A stretch of 20,000 nucleotides of DNA, from contig JYFJ02002011.1 in assembly GCA_000934665.2 (NCBI GenBank), positions 44,611-64,610 of the forward strand. The letters are read 5' to 3'. Within the stretch, counting starts at the first letter, position 1. Every line of letters starts with the position of its first letter. This document shows positions 9,993 to 20,000 of the stretch, piece after piece. The notes under the pieces are model-generated. The model was given only the letters and a program-made list of their open reading frames with translations. It was not told the origin of the DNA and ran no database searches. The DNA is from Catajapyx aquilonaris. Lineage: Eukaryota. The translations under genes were made by a program, and so were the position numbers.

Positions 9993-11956
9993 TGCAACAT
10001 GAGTTACAGACTACAAGTTAGTTTACAATAAATCAACGAAGGAGTCACCCTTCATTGGTAGGGATATATCCGTAAAATACCGGGTGAACCAAAAAACTTG
10101 TTAACTAATGCGGCTGTTATGTTGGCACTCAGCTGCTTACTTTTAAGCAGTTACTTCTAATCGTTATCAAAATACTGATCTCCGGTTTTCATAATTCTTA
10201 TTGCTATTATTTAGATTAAGGTCAAGAAGGTCCAGCGTGATTCCGTAGAACCCTAGTATGAACACTGATGATATGCGAAAGAAGTCATATCTTATTGAAC
10301 TCATCAGTACGAATAAGAATGAGTGGCAATTCCCACGGGGTCATATACTGTTCAACATTATTTTACGCAAAATATTATTCAACATAATTATAATGTGCTA
10401 GTTTTCAAAATAAATGCGTAGATGTTTAATATGCCAATTGGAAAGAAGAGGGTTTTTCGACTTCTTCGGACATCACGTTTTACATATATGAAGACCTGAA
10501 ATGCAGAACGATCATATAGTCACCTTGGAATGACTGAGGATTTGAATTTAGAGAAATGCACTGTGCCCATTTATGTTTGTTTTTTAAAAACATTTTTCTG
10601 GGTGTGAAAGGGACTGTAATATTGCACCGTAGAAGAAAACTGACTTGATCATCACAGAACGTACAGTACTAAATGCAGTGTGCCTAATAATATCATTTCT
10701 ATCAATATGTGACTCTGATCATCTGCAAATGAAGGCTTCATTTTGTTTTACAGGTGCTCTATGGTAAAACCTTATTGCTCCTCTCTTTATTTTACATTAT
10801 CATTTAGGCAAAATAATAGGTGTTCCACTTCAGTTCTGAGCAAATGCGAGTTGACTGTAGACTGTAGGGTCCTACCGTATAAAGTGCATGTTATGTGAAC
10901 TAGTAATGAATTATTGATATTACCAAAAAATTATGGTCATGTCACCAACAATAATTGAAATATGATACTGTTTACGGTGTGACCTGCTGAGTTAGTAACA
11001 CTGTAAGTAACTGGCACTGTAGTAACAGGCTTCTATAATAATATGAAATTGACTGCCAATAAAGATTACGCATTAGTACTGTATTACTGCACTCGTAAAT
11101 ATGGAAATATTATACGCAGAACATTACTGCTTTACGATCCAACTGCCAATAGATTTTGATGGTTCTCACTGAATGTAGCTCAAATGAAGAAGTCATATTG
11201 AATTCCATCGTGTAATGCAAAGGGTAGGCCTATACTTTAAATGAAACACATATCAGACTGACTTGTAGATCCCTTGGGCATTATATTAATCATCAACAAG
11301 TTCCGTGTGGCACAGTAGCCTATACTGTAAGTTCCATGAAGAAATGTAGTACACACATGGTTTTATTGCTTGATTATTCATCAACTATGGAGGTTCTTTT
11401 TTGGAATGACCTACTCAAGTTACTGTTACCGTTACCTGCTTTTGCCCATTTGGGTCTTTTGTTGATATATTACGTCGTTGTTACCTTATAGCACATAGCT
11501 TACTGATCATTTCTTTTCCTTATTTGTTTCTGGAAATTGCCATTGTGCTCCTTCCTGGTTTATCACAAGGAGGTGTACATCCCATTAACACTAAATTACT
11601 GCAGTAATAATGTACAGTACATTCAGATATTAATGGGCTGTTTGGAAAATTAAGTGATTTTGGCTCCACCAAACAGACAGTTTGCTGAATATATTATGAA
11701 TTTAAAATGAAATTATGCACATGCTTATTCACCAAAGCACATTACGGCCTCCCGAGATATTTTATTGGTGTCATATAACCTTCTGAATATTAACGGTTCG
11801 TTAAAAAAGTGTGTTCTATAATGCATCAATGAGTTGGTAAAATATTTTATTATACTCGTACCGTATAATAATGTCTTGCCAGTTGTCACACACATGAACA
11901 GAATGCCCTAATGGCTTTCAAAACATGTAGAGTATTTTAGTCTTACTTATTATAAT

Positions 11957-12024
<68 letters not shown>

Positions 12025-12083
12025 CCCCTAAAAACCTGTAAAGGTTATCACGGGGTAACTGAAATAAATAATAATAAAGAAAT

Positions 12084-12173
<90 letters not shown>
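11957..12173. repeat. Compound microsatellite (TAC)~22 ... (TAC)~13(TAA)~17 interrupted by a short insert
   Basis: Read directly; insert at 12024-12080. Confidence 0.95.
12024..12080 (+). mobile_element. Probable extremely 5'-truncated non-LTR retroposon 3' end (hairpin plus A-rich tail)
   Basis: Hairpin ccccctaaaaacct-gtaa-aggttatcacgggg followed by taactgaaataaataataataa; both flanks begin aattactact (11954 and 12081), which is TSD-like. Confidence 0.55.
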
Positions 12174-12174
<1 letters not shown>

Positions 12175-12533
12175 GATGAGCGTGATGATAATAATTATAG
12201 TCTACAGTGGCGGCAAAAAACTTAATAAACAACCAAAAGATACGATTCACTTCAAGCACAAGTTTGGTAACTCTTCGTAACCGATATGAATGGAAACAGT
12301 TGCACGTCATCCGTCTGGAAGAAAACCCGACCCGTAGCGGATATTTCGTAATTGATGTCTGCTGAACTCATCCTTCCGGAAAGAGTAAACTTTTCCTTGA
12401 GGCCAAGTGTGAGGTAAAGTAGCTCAAGAGTAGCACTTGAGTGGGGCAGTGGGATGAATGATGCGAGAAGCTGCTGGATGGGGGAGATTCTGGTAACGGT
12501 CTTGAAAAAAACCCCCGCCAACTTCTTTTCCAA

Positions 12534-12559
12534 CCCCCCCCCCCCNCCCCCCCCCCCCC
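12534..12559. repeat. Poly-C tract containing an ambiguous base (possible assembly join)
   Basis: C run with n at 12546. Confidence 0.95.
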
Positions 12560-13322
12560 GTGAGAAACGACAGGTGTCCTCCTGACCCATTTCAACCAGC
12601 CTTTCGATTGCTTGAAGACCACCGAAAAAAGGTGGGTGGACCACCTCCACCTTGTTTTGCACGGGTTCCCCCCCGTCCCTCTCGCTCATTCAAGTCTCCC
12701 AGTTATATTCCTTTCGGTGACAGCCGTTCCCGTTCACTTACTATTCATAGCTGAACGGATGTGTGGTTAAAAATTTTCGTGGCCATGCCGAGGCCTTGAC
12801 CGAATAAATCTGTCGTGACCGTTTCGTTCCTAATATTTTTATGTCTGCTATTCCATCTGGCACACGGGCCTAATTTAGACGTAAAATCCGGATCAAGATG
12901 GGAATAGATTAGCCCGATTGTGCAGTAAGCAAGTGCATGTTTTTTTTTTTTGCTGTGTATGCAAACAATATTTTGTAAACTGGACGTGGCGCGAAACTAG
13001 AGCTGCGAGTTGCCCATGCCTTAGGCCATGTTATCTGTTTACTTGGCTATTCAGCAATGTTTTTGCTGGAGGAATCCACGTTACGCGCAGTCATGCAAGG
13101 AGTCTTTTTTATCCATGGCCACATCACTTATACGTATCAAAAAAGCGGGTTTGATGATAGAGTTAATTAATAAGTAATAAATTGCGAGATGCCAACACCA
13201 ATATGTGGTGAGAAGGAAATTAAGTAGGCTATATTTGAGGGGTTATGTTTTTGTCTTTTTGTTTGTTAGGAACTGTGAAGAGGGTAACCTTCTATGTATT
13301 TCTTTCTATGTATTATTTATTA

Positions 13323-13662
13323 TTTTATGTCAGATATTGTGAAGTTTGAGGAGTTGAGTTCCCCTCAAAGTTCCTAATAGGGACATTGCAGGGTAAATGA
13401 AATAATAATAATAAATAATAATAATAATTTGAGGTTTTTTATGTCAGATATTGTGAAGTTTGAGGAGTTGAGTTCCCCTCAAAGTTCCTAATAGGGACAT
13501 TGCAGGGTAAATGAAATAATAATAATAAATAATAATAATAATTTGAGGTTTTTTATGTCAGATATTGTGAAGTTTGAGGAGTTGAGTTCCCCTCAAAGTT
13601 CCTAATAGGGACATTGCAGGGTAAATGAAATAATAATAATAAATAATAATAAAAATTTGAGG
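13323..13662 (+). repeat. Three near-identical tandem copies of a 114-bp unit ending in a hairpin and (TAA)n tail
   Basis: atgtcagatattgtgaag starts at 13327, 13441 and 13555; copies differ only in the tail of copy 3. Confidence 0.95.
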
Positions 13663-13869
13663 GGTGGGGGGGGGGGGTGACAAACCTCAAGAGTGTAATT
13701 TTTCAGGAGAGCGTATTTAAGTTTACACTCTCTTCACAAATCATCGTGCATGTTGCCGTCTCGTGCATGATACATGATTGGAGTATACCAAACTGTCATG
13801 TCTAGTTGCTAGGTGTTCAGATCAAAAAATAATAAAAAGTGAGGGTTGTCACGTTTTCCCACCACCCTC
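13659..13869. mobile_element. Possible degenerate inverted-repeat element with G-rich termini
   Basis: gtgacaaacctca (13677-13689) pairs with tgagggttgtcac (13840-13852) with 1 mismatch; outer gagggg/tgg matches ccaccctc. Confidence 0.45.
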
Positions 13870-14091
13870 CTTACTGATGAATCGATCACAATATTCAAAA
13901 ATATTGCAATTATTCGTGACGTTTAACAGATAATTAATGTAAAAATAACCGGTTGACCTTTGGCTATTCTCCAGTAAAGGACATCGGAGTCACATGCGTT
14001 GTCGTGGGAGTGTTTTTTTGGGGGGAAAGGAATTCTCTCCTACCTTATTGTCGAGAAGGACTCTTGCCGACAATGCCGGCATCACTCTTAC

Positions 14092-14176
14092 CGTCATATT
14101 GGTGAAGTGGCGGGGAGAGGATGTGAGTCCCAACTCCGGACAGGAAGCAGAATCCGAGCCAGAGAGAGTAGATCAT
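14092..14176 (-). CDS. flz: Probable first coding exon of filzig-like clip-domain serine protease (signal peptide/anchor MIYSLWLGFCFLSGVGTHILSPPLHQYD-G)
   Basis: Minus-strand acceptor GTCTTCCTTGCAG (AG 14186-14185; exon starts 14184), ATG at 14176, hydrophobic N-terminus, donor ACG|GTAAGA at 14092/14091. Ends in phase 1, matching the phase-1 acceptor at 4419 (G+GG=Gly, then HSPPGRFH). Inferred across a ~9.7 kb intron. Confidence 0.65.
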
Positions 14177-15789
14177 CTCACGTCCTGCAAGGAAGACCGT
14201 CACTTGAACAATGCCTCCTCTCTCCGACATCATCTGCTTAGGCGCCCAAAAAACAAATGACGCGTCTAATTCGGTACGCTTTAACCTGTGCTACTTTTCA
14301 CTCAGCTATTTTTGACTTTGTCAATCTTCGAGAGGGATGTTGGGTGCACTAGTTTCTCATATTGTTACCATATGTCTGACAATCAGTTTTAACCTAGTTT
14401 TTCTTTTTTTAAAAAATGCTTATCAGTCTTGGGTAAATTTTTGGGAGTGTCATCCTGCAGCTAAGAGTCCAGTTAGAGATTATTTAACAACGGTACCCAA
14501 TCCTTGAGCAAATTTGCTCTGCCCAGCTGCATGGATGGTCAGCGGGGAATCTAACCACACAAAAACCTGATTTAGACACGGTCTTTTTTTTACAGTCACT
14601 CGACTGCGAAATGTATATGCTATTCTGAGTCCTCCTGATAGCTTACACAATAGTTGGGACATACAAAAAAAAGGAAGATGGAATGTCGGCTACCAGCATG
14701 ACTCTCCTCCATGGCTGGATGCTGAGATGGAGGTCATCTCTATAGAATGGAATAGTGTAACAAAAGAATGAAAAGGAAAACCTGGAGGGGGAAAATGCTC
14801 AAGAGCTTTTGATGCTCCTTGTCGTTTGTTGATGAATTCCCCAGAGAATCGGATCAATCAAGTGGGTGCTTGAATACCACCCCCTTACTCTACTTGAAAA
14901 TTGGGTCACTTGGCCGGGTATTGATGATGGAACATTTCTCACTCAGGAGGTGCTTGGGAGATGGAATCATTCACGTCAACTCTTGTTGGCAAAGAGTGCG
15001 TTCCCTGGGTATGAAAATACTGCCCTCAATTGCAGTCTTTTACAGCGAAGGAAATGATTCGACCGAGTTTCCTTCCTTTCTCATCATTACTCTTTTGTAG
15101 CACACGGTATGTGTCAACGTGCTCCCGATTGGTTACCGGCGGCGTGGAATCATTTTTTGGGGCTCCGCTTATGAAACTGTTATGCAAAAATTTGAGAATT
15201 TATAAAAGTACAGGCCAACAAACCATGAAAGCAGAGATGACACATTTTGACAATCTTCACAAATGCGTGTAACGGGTGACATTCAAGATGCCCTTCTGCT
15301 TCAAGATGAATGACTGACATGACAATAACAAAGATGCTGCCAGTTTTAGAAGATGGGTGATACTCACTGCACATTATTTTTAGTTGTGTCAGTGTTTTGT
15401 ATGTCTGGATATAGAAAACCGAAGGAAATTATTATTGGTGCTGAACATGTCTAGAGCTGAATATTGTTGGAATGAGCTGCACCTATCATAAGGCATCAAT
15501 TGTCATAATACTTTGGCTCCAATTTATATTACTAGAATTTGCATTCTGTGCCACATATGAATGTGGTATAGGTACCGCTCCTGAATGCTCAGACATAATT
15601 TAAATATTACCGAAAAATTCCGAAACAAATTCATATGACGCACGCATATGTTTCACGGTAGGCTACCGACGTGTGTCGCTACAACATAACTCATCACCAC
15701 AAGCCGACTTATATGCACTCCTCACAACACCTCTTCACCAAAAAAATGATAACAAGGTGCAACGACACCCAGAAATGACTCTGACTTAC

Positions 15790-15900
15790 CGACGACTGTA
15801 ATAAGTGTCCACTACATTAGAAGGTGCTGTCCACTGCGTGAGGTGGGACAGCCTCGTTGACCCCCGAGACATGCTCTCGATAGCATGAAGGCGAACCACT
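15790..15900 (-). other. Probable 5'-leader exon of the protease gene with uORFs (5' boundary uncertain)
   Basis: Consensus donor TCG|GTAAGT at 15790/15789 in a locally GC-richer segment ~1.6 kb upstream of the signal exon. A possible acceptor (TTTTTGCGCCCAG, AG 15902-15901) or Inr-like TCAGT motifs near 15985-16000 could define the 5' end. Confidence 0.45.
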
Positions 15901-16093
15901 CTGGGCGCAAAAATTGGAGACTTAGATAAAACACCAGAAGATTAATATTGGTCCAGAGAAATCCTCCGCAGCACTGCCTGACACTGAGGCTGGCACTGAG
16001 TGAGAGCAAGCACTGTGGCAAAAGGAACGGGGCCCTTCCTGCTGGCTCAGGGTGCCTATCCCAACTGGACCGAGCAACTAACGGGCTTCGGTG

Positions 16094-16114
16094 CCCTCCC
16101 CCATCCCTCGTCCC
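16094..16114 (-). other. Potential G-quadruplex motif near the putative 5' end of the gene
   Basis: Minus strand GGGACGAGGGATGGGGGAGGG fits four G3+ runs with 1-4 nt loops. Confidence 0.45.
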
Positions 16115-17570
16115 ATCCTCCTTTCCCCCACCAATGCCACCTCCCCCTTATGTTAATGACCCATCTATGACGTCCCTTCCTTTCCTTCAAAAAGTTGGTA
16201 CCACCATTTCAAGTGTGGTTGAAGACATGTATTTTTAGTTTCCTGGACAAGCCGAAGAGTAATTTTGTAGAGGGAAGGAGGGGGTGGAGGGGAAGAGGAA
16301 GATACCCCGTAATTTTCTAGTAGGTGTGGTAAAGTGGGGCAATTCGTAGCCCTGCCCAACGTGCCGCAAAAGTTGAGGAAAAAAAAAAAAGGTGGATACA
16401 TTCCATTTCATATCCCTGCTTGTCCGTATCTTGGTGGCACAGATATGCTATACCGGTATTGCTCTGGTGAGGAATGCAGTGAAAATGACACCGTTGTTGA
16501 GCGCGTGCTGGGCTTTTGCGTGATCCTGAACATTAGGCCGCACTCATCTCATTTGCGGATTTTATCAAGAGGGGTTGATTACAGACACCATGCCAGTAGA
16601 GTTCAAGGTAATGAAAGTGTTATGTGTAGTATAATTTGTAATTAAAGTACAGCACCTACTTGTGGAATCGGCATCATAAATCCTGATAGTTTGGAATAAT
16701 CTATTGAGTGTAAGTGTCTTCCGGATTTCAAAAATGTATTATGGACACCCTGTACTTTTTTGTGTTATTTCATTCTCTTGTTCCAGTTTAACAATGGAAT
16801 GAGCCATCCTTCCTTTAATAATTGTGCTCCATAAAGTTATGTTTTGACCACTATCAAAGATCACACTTTTTCTGAAAATGTAGTATACCCATTTGATGAC
16901 AACAAAGTGTGCACAACATTACTGTCAACCGGTTAATTTATCAGGTTCAGAAAAGCAACAAGTTCCATCAAGTTATAAATTTCCAAAAGATGCAAAAATT
17001 CAAAGAGGACTGCAAATCACCAAGATACAAAAATCATTTACAGGCCTTTTACAATAAAGTCTTTCCGTTTTATAATTATTGCTATTAAAATTGTCGGAAG
17101 TACGACACTGTCTTGTCGTTGCATCTGGCACGCAGCCTTTACGAGTATGTGCCTTTTAAATGGTAGACATTATTTTTAATATTTTCTTTAACGCTAGAGT
17201 TCCTCGAGGGAGGTGTGGCTGGGTGGAGATGTGCAGGTGAAAATTCCATGTCTATTATTATGACAATTTTGTGCGTACACCTGAAGTACCCCAAACGAAG
17301 CAGGAAACACGCACGCCAGGCCCGCACGGATTTTTTTGTCACTTGTATATACAGTATACGTATGGAACGGAGAATCTGTATAATGTAGCCCCACCTTAAC
17401 CTTTCAAGACCATGATATTGGTGCACATAAAGCAAATGTTTTTTCATATTCGTAACAGTTCCGCCTCGCATTAAAAATAGTTATTGTAGCAAATACGGGG
17501 TGGAACATTGCCCAAGTTCAGCCAAGCAACCAACTTAAACAGAAGTAACTCAATGTAAACAACAACTATA

Positions 17571-18131
17571 CAGGGTGTTTACGACCTAACTTTACAAACT
17601 TCTAGGGGTGATAAAGGGGACCAAGACAAACATTTTTGACATAGGAACCCGTGTCCGGAAACGCCATCTAGAGGGGGTTCATAGACAAGGAACGGGTGCG
17701 CTCAGACGCGTCACGCGAGAGGCGCTAGTCGAGCGGACTGTTTTGTTGATAGATGGCGCTCGGATAGTAACCAACGATGCGATGTGCCATAACGTGGCAA
17801 CAGCAGAGCCATCTAGCAACTAAAGTCTGCCTCCTAGGAGATGCGCGGATAGTCAACAGCGGTTCTGTTGTTGCCAGGTTATGGCGTATCGCGTTGTTGT
17901 TACTTACAACGACGCGATACGCCATAACCTGGCAACAACTGCGCGCCATCTATCAACAAAACAGTCCGCTCGACTTTCGCCTCTCGCATGACGCGTCTGA
18001 GCGCACCCGTTCCTCGTCTATGGACCCCCTCTAGATGGCGTTTCCGGACACGGTTTCCTATGTCAAAAATGTTTGTCTTGGTCCCCTCTATTACCCCTGG
18101 AAGTTTGCAAAGTTAGGTCGTAAACACCCTG
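17571..18131. mobile_element. Tc1/mariner-superfamily fold-back MITE, 561 bp, 189-bp TIRs
   Basis: TIRs 17571-17759 / 17943-18131 (about 10 mismatches by manual count), termini CAGGGTGTTT, TA TSD (17569-17570, 18132-18133), no transposase-like ORF. Confidence 0.93.
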
Positions 18132-19725
18132 TATATACTGCACTCATTTACTAACTCCAGGAGCTTACAAATTTGATACATTTTAAGTATTTTAATATCT
18201 GCTTGGTTAATGTCTATTTAGTAACAAACTGTTGGTATTTAAAATATCAGTAGATTATTGCAATAATGTCAGATATGTTATTATTAAGCGAATGATTTCT
18301 TGGTGGTGTTGAGTTTTCATGCATAATAGAACAATGTGCAATGTGACTATAAAAAACTCGAAAGGGCTTGTTTTGAGGGTAGCCTACATATCAGGATGTT
18401 CTAATATTGACTGAAATCTCTTCATGACGCTGTAGGATCACCTTGATTAGTCATGAACTTCTTATAGATCTGGCGCAATGTGGACTGTGTCAATTCCAAA
18501 TGTTAGTTAATAACAATATTTAATGAGATTAAGCATTGGTAAATAATGAAAACCTTGATTGGATCTTTAGTATAGTGACAAAAATGAGTGACAGCAATAG
18601 TATACCAAGTACAGTATATGCACGTGAAAAGACAGTGTTCTTGAACCGCTAAAGCAGGTTGGATGTAAATGGGATGTAAGGTAGGTAATACAAAAGTAAG
18701 GTAGTGTGGTTGTAACTGCATGATCATTATATTCATCCTTTGAAAGTACAGAAAACACTAAACTAATTACAGTATGTTGCTTCATATTTAAAAATATATA
18801 TATTCCAAATGAAGAGTGGAAAACGAGCATTGCCCGAAACTGTTTGAAGTGTGGTGAAATCAATAGGCATTATTTAGACACCACGTTTCCATATTCCAAT
18901 GATTTAAATAATATAAATAAACAACTCGCTGAACTAAATATGACAACTTTACTTTTTATCTGTCCCAAAAAGTACAACAATTTGGAGTCTTACGTAATGC
19001 AAGAGTGAAATAACTAACGAGTTTTACAACGGGAATAGTGCAGGTACGAACCAGACTGGTAGAACAGGGCCAGTGGGTCGTATTGTAAGGAGACTTGTGG
19101 AAATGGCGGCCACAATAACCGGTCTGAAATGACTTAACCTATGCAGTTGTACGTCTGACATGATCCCTGCAGCTGCAGCAAATAAAACCGTCCATTATTG
19201 AGATAATATTATTTATCTAGGATGATAAATAAAGTATTAGCGACATCATGCTTCAACTTGTCGATGCTAACCTGCAGCCATAGTACGAAGTAGTTTAGAA
19301 TTTCGTGTTCTTAATTTTGTCCACGGCAACTTCAACAACAATCGTTGTTGCCATTGTAACGTCAACACAATGGTCACAATCCCATGTCAACAATGACATT
19401 CAATAATATCAATGGTGTCATGTATCAATAATGATTGTTGTTGATTACAATCATTACAATGGAAACAGCCAAACAGGCCTTGCAAAGATCCGCTGCTAGT
19501 AGTGAAACCTGTCCACAGCGAACCCTGAGTATAACGGAAGCCTGTCTATCGCGGGTTTTCTGAGAACGGGTATATATGGATAAGCTGATACAAACTCCAT
19601 TGTATAATCAACGATTAGTCACTGGGTTTCTGGAACCTGCCACTTTTCCCATGGAGATGCCCTTACGGAACAAAAGGAGTATACAGTGTCAACAAAATAA
19701 TGTACTGTGCACGACGCCTATAATC

Positions 19726-19850
19726 CAAGGTGGTAACCACTCGATTGAAAAGTGTACACTGGAGTAGCAAATTCAAGGAGTACCAAAGAGTAAGGTACCT
19801 AAGGAGTACCTGCAGTTGTACACCGGAATACCGGAGTGGTTACCCCGTTG
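19726..19850 (-). mobile_element. CAAGG MITE family, copy 3 (inverted, internally shorter)
   Basis: TIRs caaggtggtaaccact / agtggttaccccgttg; reverse complement matches the bodies of copies 1 and 2; flanks ctataatc / cta-aatc. Confidence 0.82.
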
Positions 19851-20000
19851 CTAAATCCCCAATGGGACTTGACAAATATGGTATTGAATCTGGTAATTGC
19901 TCGGTAACGTACCGAACGTATCTCTGTAACAATTATTCAATGATTGAATAATTATTGTTACTGAGATATGTTCGGTACGTTACCCCCCCCCCGGTCGGTA

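Noticed and set aside
13323..13662. CRISPR-like array
   Set aside because: Whole units are repeated with no unique spacers, in a eukaryotic intron, with no cas genes.
14640..15400. Coding-looking stretch with several short ORFs (possible decayed transposon or viral gene)
   Set aside because: Multiple stops and no motif I can recognise; blastx would be needed.
16743..16754. Solo ggacaccctg-ta Tc1/mariner-like end; also a pogo-like start near 19500 (agtgaaacctgtc)
   Set aside because: No partner TIR found in the window, so no element can be delimited.

Overview
Eukaryotic (arthropod-like) genomic DNA, not prokaryotic. The window is dominated by one minus-strand, intron-containing gene for a clip-domain / Thr-rich mucin-stalk / trypsin-like serine protease whose motifs match the filzig (flz; Stubble/Notopleural-group) family. 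Proposed coding exons are 14176-14092 (signal-like N-terminus), 4419-2695, 2631-2445, 2367-2102 and 2026-1872, giving 806 in-frame codons. The last visible exon ends at a non-canonical GC donor, and the exon with the catalytic Ser (GDSGGP) was not found in the window. A probable 5'-leader exon (~15900-15790) carries uORFs: one is in frame with the protease but separated by a single TAG, and one stops 1 nt before the main ATG after splicing. Introns and flanks are rich in small non-autonomous elements: a stack of three MITEs (6924-7500), three copies of an 8-bp-TSD CAAGG MITE family, a 561-bp fold-back MITE, hairpin-plus-microsatellite retroposon 3' ends, a tRNA-like remnant and microsatellites. 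I see no convincing wholly new biological system. The best leads are the leader/uORF architecture and the nested-insertion patterns.
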